A stretch of 44,637 nt of DNA from Cyclobacteriaceae bacterium (GCA_029882675.1 JAOUKJ010000001.1:1-44637), one strand, 5' to 3'; numbered from the stretch's first letter, positions 19,303 through 28,309 are shown. The notes: a model not told the origin generated them from the sequence alone. Numbers and translations are program-made.

Positions 19303-20976
19303 ATGCAGGAATTAAATGAGTTTCTTCAACTAATCAATAGCTTTATTGGTGGTCACCAATGGTTTGTCCTGGCCCTCTTAGGTACAGGATTATTTTTTAC
19401 TATATACCTGAAATTTCCTCAAATTCGCTATTTCCGTCATGCCCTGAAGGTAGTGAGGGGAAAATTTGACAAAGCGAGTGACGAAGGGGATGCTACTCAC
19501 TTTCAGGCTTTGGCTACTGCGTTGTCAGGGACAGTGGGCACGGGAAATATTGGAGGCGTGGCACTGGCTATACATTTGGGAGGGCCTGCGGCTCTGTTCT
19601 GGATGTTGGTAACTGCCTTTCTGGGAATGACTACAAAGTTTGTTGAAGTTACACTGTCACACAAATATCGTGAGAAGACAGCTGATGGAACGATGGCTGG
19701 TGGCCCCATGTATTTCATGAAAAACAAACTGCATATGGGGTGGCTTGCTGCAATATTTGCTTTGGCTACGATTCTCTCTTCCTTTGGTACAGGAAATATG
19801 CCGCAAATAAATAATATCGCCACTACGATGAAAGCGAGTTTTGGGATTGAACAATGGATAACAGGTGCTGTACTAGCCGTACTTCTGGCGTTGGTGATCT
19901 TGGGAGGAATCAGGCGGATTGTGAAGGTTACTGAAAAACTGGTGCCCTTTATGGCCATCGTATATTTTGTTGGAGCAATCGCAGTGATTTTTTATAATTA
20001 TGAAAATATTGTCCCTTCGATCGTTTCGATATTTGCAGATGTCTTTTCTGGGAGTGCAGCAATGGGGGGATTTCTCGGGGCTAACCTCGCCTTTGCTTTT
20101 AACAGGGGGGTAAATAGAGGCCTCTTTTCAAATGAGGCAGGTCAGGGATCCGCGCCTATAGCACATGCTGCGGCTAAGGCGCATGAACCGGTGTCTGAAG
20201 GACTGGTTGCTATTCTTGAGCCATTTATCGATACGATTATTATTTGCTCGCTTACCGGCCTGGTTCTGCTTTCTTCAGGAGCCTGGAATAAAAAATACGA
20301 AAATGATTTTCAGGTGACAGACCTGATGATCTTCGATGGTAAATATGAAGAATCCAATTCCCTTGACAAAGATAAGCTTTATGGGCATCTGGTGAAAGGG
20401 GAGGCACAGGCCTTGTATAGCGGAGACCTCAACGTGCAAAATGGTCGGGTGACCAATGAGGTGACAGTTATTCATGCACGCTCTTTTGCGGAGGATGTAT
20501 TGGTAATGAAGGAAAACAAGCCATATAACGGTACAGTCAGAATTGTAAAAGGAAGCCTGTCTGAAGAAGGAATATCTTTTCATGGCAGATCACTAATACA
20601 TAGTGCGGCACTTACGGCAGAGGCCTTTAAGGTGAGTTTCTTTGGCAATTTTGGCCAGTATATCGTTTCCATAGGCTTATTGCTTTTTGCTTTTTCGACG
20701 GCAATATCATGGTCATATTATGGGGACAGGGCAACGACTTACCTGTTTGGGAATAAATATGTTATTTTTTATCGCATACTTTATGTCGCCGGATTTTTTG
20801 TAGCCTCGTTTGCTGATACTTCTATTGTATGGACACTTTCTGAGCTGACTATTGCCCTGATGACTATACCCAACCTGTTTGGTATCATACTGTTGCACAA
20901 GGAGGTGAAGTCCTCGATAAAAGACTACTGGAGAGACTTTAATAACGACTGGCCCGGCGTAAAAACACCGGAGTAG
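19303..20976 (+). CDS. Alanine/glycine:cation symporter (AGCS) family transporter with an inserted soluble segment of about 100 aa
   Basis: 557 aa with AGCS signatures ([50 protein letters not shown]). The insert is encoded by about 20287-20589. Confidence 0.88.
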   Translation: MQELNEFLQLINSFIGGHQWFVLALLGTGLFFTIYLKFPQIRYFRHALKVVRGKFDKASDEGDATHFQALATALSGTVGTGNIGGVALAIHLGGPAALFWMLVTAFLGMTTKFVEVTLSHKYREKTADGTMAGGPMYFMKNKLHMGWLAAIFALATILSSFGTGNMPQINNIATTMKASFGIEQWITGAVLAVLLALVILGGIRRIVKVTEKLVPFMAIVYFVGAIAVIFYNYENIVPSIVSIFADVFSGSAAMGGFLGANLAFAFNRGVNRGLFSNEAGQGSAPIAHAAAKAHEPVSEGLVAILEPFIDTIIICSLTGLVLLSSGAWNKKYENDFQVTDLMIFDGKYEESNSLDKDKLYGHLVKGEAQALYSGDLNVQNGRVTNEVTVIHARSFAEDVLVMKENKPYNGTVRIVKGSLSEEGISFHGRSLIHSAALTAEAFKVSFFGNFGQYIVSIGLLLFAFSTAISWSYYGDRATTYLFGNKYVIFYRILYVAGFFVASFADTSIVWTLSELTIALMTIPNLFGIILLHKEVKSSIKDYWRDFNNDWPGVKTPE

Positions 20977-21079
20977 GTTTTTTAAAGATCAACGCTGCAA
21001 CGATCCGTGTATGTATGACTTCTTTTACCCTTTCCACGGCGTATATGGAATTCAAATTTGGGTTCGATTGAGGAGTATT

Positions 21080-22519
21080 TCAGGAGGACGACATCATGAG
21101 AGTAGCCCCCTGAGCCTTTAGTTGTTTATAAAGCTCCATGACGACTTTGGGTAGTATATCAATACGATTGAGGTCCTCTCCCCAAAAATTCGTATTGCCC
21201 AGCACGCTTTCTACCAATTTATCAGAAGAAAATTCTTCCTTAGCCAAAGATCTGAAGAATGTTAATACTTCTTCACTGTCATTTAAAGGGCAAGGATCCG
21301 CTGTTATTCCATCCATATAAAGCTGAATCAATCCGGCAAATGCCAGACAAAGTTTTTCAGGGGCATGACCCTTGGTGGAGATGAAGTCCTTTATCGTAGG
21401 TAATACACGTACTTTAAATTTAGCGATGGAGTTGAGGGAAATACTTTTGAGTTCGTGATGAATAAAGGGATTTAAAAATCTTTCTACGACCTCATTAGCA
21501 TAAATTTTCAAATCATCTGCCGGCATAGCTATGGTAGGGATGATCTCCTCATTGATTAATGAACGCATAAATGGTCCTGAGTGCTCATTTTCCATAAACT
21601 CCCGTACTGTACCGGTTCGGGCAAGGAGACCCAGTGCGGTCATGCAGGTATGTGCTCCATTCAATATTTTTACTTTTCGTAGCCGATAAGGACTAAGATC
21701 ATCGACATGTATAACATTAAAACCGGCACGGTGTGCAGGGAAAATATTTTTCACTTCCTCCGGGCCTTCTATTACCCAAAGATGGTATGGTTCAGCGGTG
21801 ACAACCAGTTTGTCGTCATATCCCAGACTTTCGCTTATTCCTTCAATATCATCTTTTGGAAATCCGGGAACAATGCCATCCACAAGTGAGTTGGCAAAAT
21901 AGTTTGAGTCATTGATCCATTGTGTGAAGCCAGTTGCGTATCCCCACAAGTCAGCATATTTAAGGATACACGATTTTAATTGAAGTCCATTGTCTTCGAT
22001 GAGTTCACAAGGAAGAAAAACCAGCCCGCTTTCTTTTGAGCCCTTGAAAAAGTCAAAACGCCTTTTGAGCCATTGGGTGAGTTTACCGGGAAATGTCCTG
22101 GCGAGTTGTCCTTGTGGGGGAATATCATCATTCTGGTAATCAATGCCTGCTTCGGTTGTGTTGGATATCATGATCTTGATGTCCGGAGTGTCTGCCAGGC
22201 TTAGGTATTTGTTACTGTCAGTATACGGAATGATAGATTCCTGTATGCAGGTGATTAACCGCTTTTCATCTATTGTCTTGCCCTGCTGAAGTCCCCGGTG
22301 GATCAGGTGATAAAGGCCATCCTGTTCTGTCAGAATGTCTGTTTTGCTGCGGGTAGCGGGTTGTACCACCGCTATCCCGGCATTAAACCCCTGCTCTTCA
22401 TTGAGCACGTCAATCATATAATCGGCGAAGGCGCGAAGAAAATTACCCTTTCCGAATTGAAGGACTTTTAGAGGTAATTGTTCTTGTTTGCCCGTAGTCT
22501 CCCTGTTTAATACTTTCAT
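21080..22519 (-). CDS. uxaB: Tagaturonate reductase (altronate oxidoreductase) UxaB
   Basis: 479 aa. The N-terminus MKVLNR...LQFGKGNFLRAF, SNTTEAGI and KILNGAHT align by eye with E. coli UxaB (mannitol dehydrogenase family). Confidence 0.85.
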   Translation of the reverse strand: MKVLNRETTGKQEQLPLKVLQFGKGNFLRAFADYMIDVLNEEQGFNAGIAVVQPATRSKTDILTEQDGLYHLIHRGLQQGKTIDEKRLITCIQESIIPYTDSNKYLSLADTPDIKIMISNTTEAGIDYQNDDIPPQGQLARTFPGKLTQWLKRRFDFFKGSKESGLVFLPCELIEDNGLQLKSCILKYADLWGYATGFTQWINDSNYFANSLVDGIVPGFPKDDIEGISESLGYDDKLVVTAEPYHLWVIEGPEEVKNIFPAHRAGFNVIHVDDLSPYRLRKVKILNGAHTCMTALGLLARTGTVREFMENEHSGPFMRSLINEEIIPTIAMPADDLKIYANEVVERFLNPFIHHELKSISLNSIAKFKVRVLPTIKDFISTKGHAPEKLCLAFAGLIQLYMDGITADPCPLNDSEEVLTFFRSLAKEEFSSDKLVESVLGNTNFWGEDLNRIDILPKVVMELYKQLKAQGATLMMSSS

Positions 22520-22587
22520 CTATTTAACGGTATATTTTTGCTTTCGTACAGTTGGTGTTGCACCCTTCTTTTCATCAGCTCCTTTTA

Positions 22588-22730
22588 CACACTCCTCCGG
22601 TTTTTATTCCTGCCCAGCAGGGCCGAACCTTTCCATATAAATCTTGGCTTCTGACTTTGGGTGATATTTCATCCCTTCCTGTTGTAAATGACAGTTCAGG
22701 AAGGGATGAAGAACTCATTTCGGAGGTGTG
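22588..22730 (-). other. Structured intercistronic spacer (outer helix enclosing a perfect 14-bp hairpin and a short hairpin)
   Basis: On the minus strand, CACACCTCCG (22730-22721) pairs with CGGAGGAGTGTG (22599-22588). Inside lies TTCATCCCTTCCTG / CAGGAAGGGATGAA (plus-strand 22668-22681 and 22697-22710), and also CCTGC-TGG-GCAGG. Confidence 0.4.
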
Positions 22731-22741
22731 CTGAATAAACC

Positions 22742-23416
22742 TTATTTCGATCTGATTTTTTTAGCGATAGCCAGGGCTTCTTTTGCTCTTTGCTCCAGCA
22801 GTGCGTAATTTTTATCCTGAATAATGTCTTTGGTGATTAGCTGGGATCCCATACCAACACAGTGTACTCCCGCTTCAAACCAACTTTTAAGGTTGGCCTC
22901 TGTGGGCTCTACACCTCCTGTGGGCATAATGCTGGTCCAGGGAAACGGTCCGCGAACGGCCTTCACAAAAGAGGGGCCACCAACCTGTGATCCGGGGAAA
23001 ATCTTCACTACTTCGGCTCCCAGCTCTTCTGCATAGGATATTTCGGTAAGTGAGCCGCAACCCGGAGACCACGCTATTTTACGTCGGTTGCATACTTTGG
23101 CCATGTCAGCGTTAAGTATTGGCGACACGACAAAGTTAGTGCCTAGCTGAATGTACAAGGATGTTGTCCCGGCGTCAACGACCGAACCTACACCCAGTAT
23201 CATTTCAGGAGTTTCTTTTGCAGCAAATTTATTAAGCTCGCCAAACACCTCGTGGGCATAGTCTCCCCTGTTGGTGAATTCAAATATCCGGATACCTCCT
23301 TTATAACAGGCTTTTAATACTTCCTTACATACCTCTACATCTTTGTGGTAAAAAACGGGTACAATCCCGGTTTCTTTCATTTTTACCGCGACATCTATTC
23401 TTGAAAATCTTGCCAT
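22742..23416 (-). CDS. eda: 2-dehydro-3-deoxyphosphogluconate / 4-hydroxy-2-oxoglutarate aldolase
   Basis: 224 aa with the KDPG aldolase TIM-barrel pattern (IVPVFYH..., GIRIFEFTNR, VKIFPG, MPTGGV). Confidence 0.88.
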   Translation of the reverse strand: MARFSRIDVAVKMKETGIVPVFYHKDVEVCKEVLKACYKGGIRIFEFTNRGDYAHEVFGELNKFAAKETPEMILGVGSVVDAGTTSLYIQLGTNFVVSPILNADMAKVCNRRKIAWSPGCGSLTEISYAEELGAEVVKIFPGSQVGGPSFVKAVRGPFPWTSIMPTGGVEPTEANLKSWFEAGVHCVGMGSQLITKDIIQDKNYALLEQRAKEALAIAKKIRSK

Positions 23417-23446
23417 TTTATCTTTTACTTAAAAGTGTGTTTTTTG

Positions 23447-24484
23447 TTATCTCGCTACCCTTCCCGAAGCATCTCCCCCCATAAGCTTTTCAACTTCATC
23501 GGCTTTCACCAGGTTGGCATCACCATAAATGGTGTGCTTGAGACAGGATGCTGCTACGGCAAAATCAAGGGCCTTTTGGTCATCGTTAGGGTAGGTGATT
23601 AATCCATACACCAGGCCGCCCATGAAAGAGTCACCGCCACCTACACGGTCAACGATGTGGGTGATTTGATAGGTGGTTGATTCATACAGTTGAGAGCCGT
23701 CATAAAGGACACCTGCCCATGAATTGTGCGAAGCACTGACTGAACCGCGAAGGGTGGTGATTACCTTTTTAGCCTTGGGAAATTTGGCCATCATTTGCTT
23801 ACAGACAGATTCAAATGCAGCACCACTTACCGAATGTCCCTGGGTAACGTCCACGCCTTCCGGGTGTATTCCGAAATGTTTTTCAGCATCCTCTTCATTT
23901 CCAAGTATGATGTCGCAGTGTTCTACCAGGGGGGTCATTATTTTTTCAGATTCAACACCATATTTCCATAATTTGGCACGGTAGTTCAGATCAGTAGAAA
24001 TAGTAATGCCCATTTTGCTGGCTACTTCCACCGCTTCCAGGCAGGCATCAGCCGCCCCTTGTGAAATAGCAGGCGTTATACCTGTCCAGTGGAACCATTG
24101 GGTATCTTTGAAGACCTTTTCCCAGTCTACCATGCCGGCTTTTATTTCAGACATTGCCGAATGAGCCCGGTCATAGACCACTTTACTTCCCCTGGATACT
24201 GCACCGGTTTCCAAAAAGTAAATCCCCAGACGGTCACCACCAAAAATAATATTTTCAGTATTAACGCCACGTTTTCTCATTTCCATAAGTGCACACTCCC
24301 CGATATCATTTGCAGGTAGCCGTGTGACGAAGTCGACAGGAATGCCATAGTTGGCCAGCGAAACGGCCACATTGGACTCACCGCCACCATATATAACGTC
24401 AAAACTATTGGTTTGAGAAAACCGCAACTGCCCGGGAGGGGCCAGCCTCAGCATGATTTCCCCAAAGGTTACTACTTTTTTCAT
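23447..24484 (-). CDS. kdgK: 2-dehydro-3-deoxygluconokinase (PfkB family)
   Basis: 345 aa with a ribokinase/PfkB fold: N-terminal GGGESNVA and C-terminal VDRVGGGDSF. It is adjacent to eda. Confidence 0.85.
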   Translation of the reverse strand: MKKVVTFGEIMLRLAPPGQLRFSQTNSFDVIYGGGESNVAVSLANYGIPVDFVTRLPANDIGECALMEMRKRGVNTENIIFGGDRLGIYFLETGAVSRGSKVVYDRAHSAMSEIKAGMVDWEKVFKDTQWFHWTGITPAISQGAADACLEAVEVASKMGITISTDLNYRAKLWKYGVESEKIMTPLVEHCDIILGNEEDAEKHFGIHPEGVDVTQGHSVSGAAFESVCKQMMAKFPKAKKVITTLRGSVSASHNSWAGVLYDGSQLYESTTYQITHIVDRVGGGDSFMGGLVYGLITYPNDDQKALDFAVAASCLKHTIYGDANLVKADEVEKLMGGDASGRVAR

Positions 24485-24496
24485 ATCTGATTTATA

Positions 24497-25507
24497 TTAA
24501 AGTTCAATGATTATTTTTATTTGTTCAGGCAAAGATATCCATTTTTTGAATTGGGTCTCAATTTGTTGAAAGGGTCTTTTAAGGGTGATGTATTGATCGA
24601 CAGGGAATAGTTGTTTTTCCAATAGATCAATCACCTGTATAAAGTCTTCTTTTGTGGCATTTCTGCTACATAAAAGTGAGGTTTCTTTCGCATGTATTTC
24701 AGGGTGGTGAAAGGTTAGATCGCCCTTGTAAAGCCCGACAAGTACATACTTTCCCCCGTGTCTCATATATTTAATCCCGTTTTCCAGCGCATTTTTGTTG
24801 CCTGTGGCATCAATAACCACATCAGCCAGATTACCTTGAGTGAGGCTTTCTACCTCGGTTGTGGTGTTATGACTAATATGCACGGCCTCATCTGCACCAA
24901 AAAACAGTTTAGCTGTTTTTAACCGGTGTTCATCAATATCCAGGGCGATGGTGCGGAGTCCCATAATATTGGCCTGTTTTATAATACCCAAACCGATTGG
25001 GCCGCACCCCATGACCAACACTGTCCCTTCTTTTTCAGGCTGAGCCCGGCGTAAGGCATGTGCTCCGATAGAAAGCGGCTCGATAATGGCCGCTGATGCA
25101 TCAGTCAGTTGATTTACTTTGATGAGAAATTTTTCCGAAACAGATATCATTTCCTGCATGCCACCGTCTATATGTACGCCGAAAACTTTGAGTTGTTGAC
25201 AGCAATTCGTTTTTCCAACCTCACATGCCTTGCATTTCCCACAATAAAAATAAGGCATCACAACTACCCGGTCGCCTGTAGAAAGTGCTGAATGCTCACT
25301 GCCGGTTTGTATTACCTCAGCAGATAGCTCATGCCCCAAAATCCTGGGGTAAGTAAAGAAAGCCTGATTCCCGCCAAAAGCATGAATATCTGTGCCACAG
25401 ATGCCGATATTCCTTACTTTTAGGAGCACTTCTCCCGCACCAGGTTCTGGCGGGGCTTTTTCCCGAGATGTCACAACTCCGGGATTTTCACATATTACAT
25501 ATTGCAT
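24497..25507 (-). CDS. Zn-dependent medium-chain dehydrogenase, LgoD/YjjN-like (candidate L-galactonate 5-dehydrogenase)
   Basis: 336 aa with GICGTDIHAFGGNQAFFTYPRILGHE, a CGKCKAC structural-Zn loop, GCGPIGL, and IDATGN...GG..V.VGL.KG.L.F..PE.H.KE......SRNAT.EDF. From memory these closely resemble E. coli YjjN. Confidence 0.6.
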   Translation of the reverse strand: MQYVICENPGVVTSREKAPPEPGAGEVLLKVRNIGICGTDIHAFGGNQAFFTYPRILGHELSAEVIQTGSEHSALSTGDRVVVMPYFYCGKCKACEVGKTNCCQQLKVFGVHIDGGMQEMISVSEKFLIKVNQLTDASAAIIEPLSIGAHALRRAQPEKEGTVLVMGCGPIGLGIIKQANIMGLRTIALDIDEHRLKTAKLFFGADEAVHISHNTTTEVESLTQGNLADVVIDATGNKNALENGIKYMRHGGKYVLVGLYKGDLTFHHPEIHAKETSLLCSRNATKEDFIQVIDLLEKQLFPVDQYITLKRPFQQIETQFKKWISLPEQIKIIIEL

Positions 25508-25524
25508 GATCTGCTATTTGCTTT

Positions 25525-25532
25525 CAAAATTA
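25525..25532 (-). promoter_or_regulatory. -7 box TAATTTTG (minus strand) for the dehydrogenase-kdgK-eda(-uxaB) operon
   Basis: The plus strand reads CAAAATTA. It is an exact TAnnTTTG match, 17 nt upstream of the start codon at 25507, and is embedded in TGCTT-N8-AAGCA and GCTATT...AATAGC inverted repeats. Confidence 0.45.
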
Positions 25533-25680
25533 AGCAGAAATTTGAATAGCTGTTATTAATTATGACATATCTAAAAAGATGTTCTTTGGCTGATTGATTT
25601 TTTGTAAATGCGAAATTTTAACCCCTCGTATTTGCAATCCAAAAGGTTGGTCATGACTACCTTTATAACAAAATTTTATT

Positions 25681-25688
25681 TATTTTTG
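25681..25688 (+). promoter_or_regulatory. -7 box TATTTTTG, possible promoter giving a leader of about 160 nt for the pyrR-like gene
   Basis: Exact TAnnTTTG match. No other exact match lies closer to ATG 25857. Confidence 0.3.
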
Positions 25689-25856
25689 GTGCTTAACAAA
25701 AGACCACAGGGCATGCGCAATCAAAAGGAGTCAAACCCACAACTCACCCATTGATTCGGATTAGTCCTCTTTTTTCTGTTAAAAAATGAAAAAAGTGTGC
25801 GGATTCAATGGTAGCCATTTGATGAATTTTGTATATGTGTTTTTCCTTCACAGATC

Positions 25857-26363
25857 ATGATAAACGATAGAATTCTCATTCTTGACAAAGAAAATATCAG
25901 GCAAAAAATAAAGCGTATTGCCTACGAAATTTTTGAATCAAATTTTCAGGAAAATGCCCTGATCATTGCTGGGATTGTTGGCCAGGGTTATGAATTAGCC
26001 CGGCAAATAATGATAGATCTCAATGGCATAAGTGATATCTCCACTCAATTGGTGGAAGTGGCTATTGATAAGGCGGCCCCACATTACGATGAGATTAGTT
26101 TGGATATTGAAACGGAGAAATTGAAGGGTATAAATGTCATCTTGGTAGATGACGTTTTAAATACGGGGCGCACAATGGCCTATAGTTTGCGTCCTTTCCT
26201 TGAGATTGAAATTAATAAAATAGAAATAGCTGTATTGGTAGACAGGGGGCATTCGCGCTTTCCGGTCAAGGCTAATTTTACCGGACTTGAACTATCAACC
26301 ACGCTCAATGACCACATTGAAGTGGTGCTTAAAAGTGACGAATTTGCAGTGTATCTAAATTAA
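25857..26363 (+). CDS. pyrR: PyrR-family phosphoribosyltransferase (pyr regulator / uracil PRTase-like)
   Basis: 168 aa that aligns by eye with B. subtilis PyrR (ILD...IR..I.RIA.EI.E.N; [17 protein letters not shown] loop; AVLVDRGH). The central region is divergent. Confidence 0.75.
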   Translation: MINDRILILDKENIRQKIKRIAYEIFESNFQENALIIAGIVGQGYELARQIMIDLNGISDISTQLVEVAIDKAAPHYDEISLDIETEKLKGINVILVDDVLNTGRTMAYSLRPFLEIEINKIEIAVLVDRGHSRFPVKANFTGLELSTTLNDHIEVVLKSDEFAVYLN

Positions 26364-26368
26364 AAAAA

Positions 26369-27187
26369 ATGTCAGTTCATCAGAGCGGGATTAAACGAAT
26401 TACCACCCATCAACTTCAGGCCATGAAAGAGCGGGGGGAGAAAATTAGTATGCTTACAGCATATGATTTTAGTATGGCCAAGCTGCTTGACGGCGCAGGG
26501 ATTGATGTGCTACTTGTAGGTGATTCTGCTTCCAATGTGATGGCAGGTTATGAAACGACACTTCCTATAACATTGGATCATATGATCTACCATGCCAGTT
26601 CGGTAATACGGGCAGTAAAGAGGGCATTCGTGGTTGTGGATATTCCGTTTGGAAGTTATCAGGGGAATTCTTCAGAGGCCCTGCGATCAGCTATTCGTAT
26701 TATGAAAGAATCAGGAGCACACGCCGTCAAAATGGAGGGTGGTCATGAAATAAAAGAATCCGTTGTCAGGATATTAAGCGCCGGTGTACCGGTCATGGGG
26801 CACCTGGGGCTTACACCCCAATCTATTTTTAAATTTGGCACCTATACGGTAAGAGCCAAAGATGATGAGGAAGCTGATAAACTGATTGAAGATGCCAGAC
26901 TATTGGAAGAATGTGGGTGCTTTGCGATTGTGGTAGAAAAAATCCCGGCTCAATTGGCAAAAAAAGTAGCACAGGAAGTGAAAATACCAATCATCGGTAT
27001 TGGTGCCGGTGGATATGTGGATGGTCAGGTTCTTGTGATGCAGGACATGCTGGGGATCAATAAGGAGTTTAAACCACGGTTCTTACGTCGTTATGCTGAT
27101 CTGGATACTGTTGTTACTGACGCGGTAAGCCGTTACATCGAAGACGTGAAGGCGAATGATTTCCCGAATGAAAATGAACAGTATTAA
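26369..27187 (+). CDS. panB: 3-methyl-2-oxobutanoate hydroxymethyltransferase
   Basis: 272 aa with [27 protein letters not shown] and GHLGLTPQS motifs. Confidence 0.93.
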   Translation: MSVHQSGIKRITTHQLQAMKERGEKISMLTAYDFSMAKLLDGAGIDVLLVGDSASNVMAGYETTLPITLDHMIYHASSVIRAVKRAFVVVDIPFGSYQGNSSEALRSAIRIMKESGAHAVKMEGGHEIKESVVRILSAGVPVMGHLGLTPQSIFKFGTYTVRAKDDEEADKLIEDARLLEECGCFAIVVEKIPAQLAKKVAQEVKIPIIGIGAGGYVDGQVLVMQDMLGINKEFKPRFLRRYADLDTVVTDAVSRYIEDVKANDFPNENEQY

Positions 27188-27211
27188 TCTTTTTATTTTA
27201 CACTGAACCCG

Positions 27212-27251
27212 CCTCTTTACCTCTTTACCTCTCTACCTCTCGACCTCTCCC
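27212..27251. repeat. Five tandem copies of an 8-bp unit (CCTCTTTA CCTCTTTA CCTCTCTA CCTCTCGA CCTCTCCC)
   Basis: Read directly from the sequence. It lies in the 66-bp spacer between convergent panB and the CAP-domain gene. Confidence 0.9.
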
Positions 27252-27253
27252 AG

Positions 27254-27829
27254 CTAATCACATCGCCCGGGCTGCCCATCATCACTTTCCCTGCCAAACC
27301 ATACGGTGGAGTGTTTGCCATAGATGCCTATTCCAATAGCATTCCATGTTATTTCTTTCCAGATAGCCTTGTTAAGGAGGACATTATTGTGGGCAGTACT
27401 CTTTTTCCATCCCTCCAGGCTGGTGTTTGCAGTGGCCATATCGGAATGGTAAAAGGCAATTTCATATCCATGACCTGAATAACCACTGATCTCGGCAGGT
27501 TTCTCCCACATGCATTCAGGCGATTTGTGATCGTTGGTATAACAGCAGGCTTTCCAACTTCCCTGATCAGACCATGAATGCGGATTACAGGTGTTGTTGG
27601 GGTCAAAATCGTAATTTTCATCAAGGTCTTTGGCATGTGCCTGTGCCACCTGGGTGAGCTTGTGTGAAAGGGGTATTGCCGGAAGGCCGTTTTGTTTTCG
27701 GTATTTGGTGATCAGTTTATTGAGTTCAAGCTCTTCTTTTGACAGGCAGGTTTGAGTATCCGGTATGTTTTCTGTAATACCGAAGAGCGCATGAAATAAA
27801 AAAACCAAAGGTATGCAGCTGCTAAGCAT
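27254..27829 (-). CDS. Secreted CAP/SCP/PR1-like domain protein, cysteine-rich
   Basis: 191 aa with a hydrophobic N-terminus. The CAP-like motifs are N..R...GLP.L.....L...A..HA.D and GW..S..H..N.L......IGIG. There are seven Cys residues, including a CC pair. Confidence 0.65.
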   Translation of the reverse strand: MLSSCIPLVFLFHALFGITENIPDTQTCLSKEELELNKLITKYRKQNGLPAIPLSHKLTQVAQAHAKDLDENYDFDPNNTCNPHSWSDQGSWKACCYTNDHKSPECMWEKPAEISGYSGHGYEIAFYHSDMATANTSLEGWKKSTAHNNVLLNKAIWKEITWNAIGIGIYGKHSTVWFGRESDDGQPGRCD

Positions 27830-28036
27830 AATATTAGATATTTAATGGCGTGATTATGAGTCTATGCAGATAAATAGAGCTTGCTGAAAAAGGCTCAGTC
27901 TTTCCATATCATAATAATAATGATTTTTCCCTTGAAAAAAAATACTTATTTTTTGCATGAAGTATATGAATGAAAAGTGGTTTCTTTACTAAGATATTTT
28001 GAAGCATAACACGGTAGTAAAGACTAAGAATAAAAG

Positions 28037-28264
28037 ATGAAAAGTGTTTATATTCTATTGGCACTATCCATTTTTGTTGAATCTTGCCATTCTGTAACCT
28101 TAAATTGTAATGATTTCAGAAGTGGAAATTATAGATATTTAAATGAGGGTTTTGAACATTGGGATATAACAAGGTCTGATAAATACCAAACAGAATACAG
28201 TTCCAGATATAAGGTTGAATTTAAAGCGGAAATTAAATGGGAATCAGAATGTAAATATGTGTAA
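28037..28264 (+). CDS. Small hypothetical secreted protein or lipoprotein
   Basis: 75-aa ORF with a signal-like N-terminus (MKSVYILLALSIFVESC) in an AT-rich spacer. I recognise no motif, so it may not be expressed. Confidence 0.35.
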   Translation: MKSVYILLALSIFVESCHSVTLNCNDFRSGNYRYLNEGFEHWDITRSDKYQTEYSSRYKVEFKAEIKWESECKYV

Positions 28265-28309
28265 ACTTATACTGAATCCTCATCTGAGGAGGGTATTTGT
28301 GAGCTTGGA

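Noticed and set aside
22552-22734. 60-aa plus-strand ORF in the eda-uxaB spacer.
   Set aside because: It lies opposite to the surrounding operon, has no start context or motif, and coincides with the inverted repeats. I interpret the region as RNA structure instead.
25700-25780. A PyrR-binding anti-antiterminator hairpin or intrinsic terminator in the leader of the pyrR-like gene.
   Set aside because: I found no match to the conserved PyrR loop (…UCCAGAGAGG…) and no convincing stem before the T-tract at 25766-25778. Only the uORF and T-tract observation is retained.
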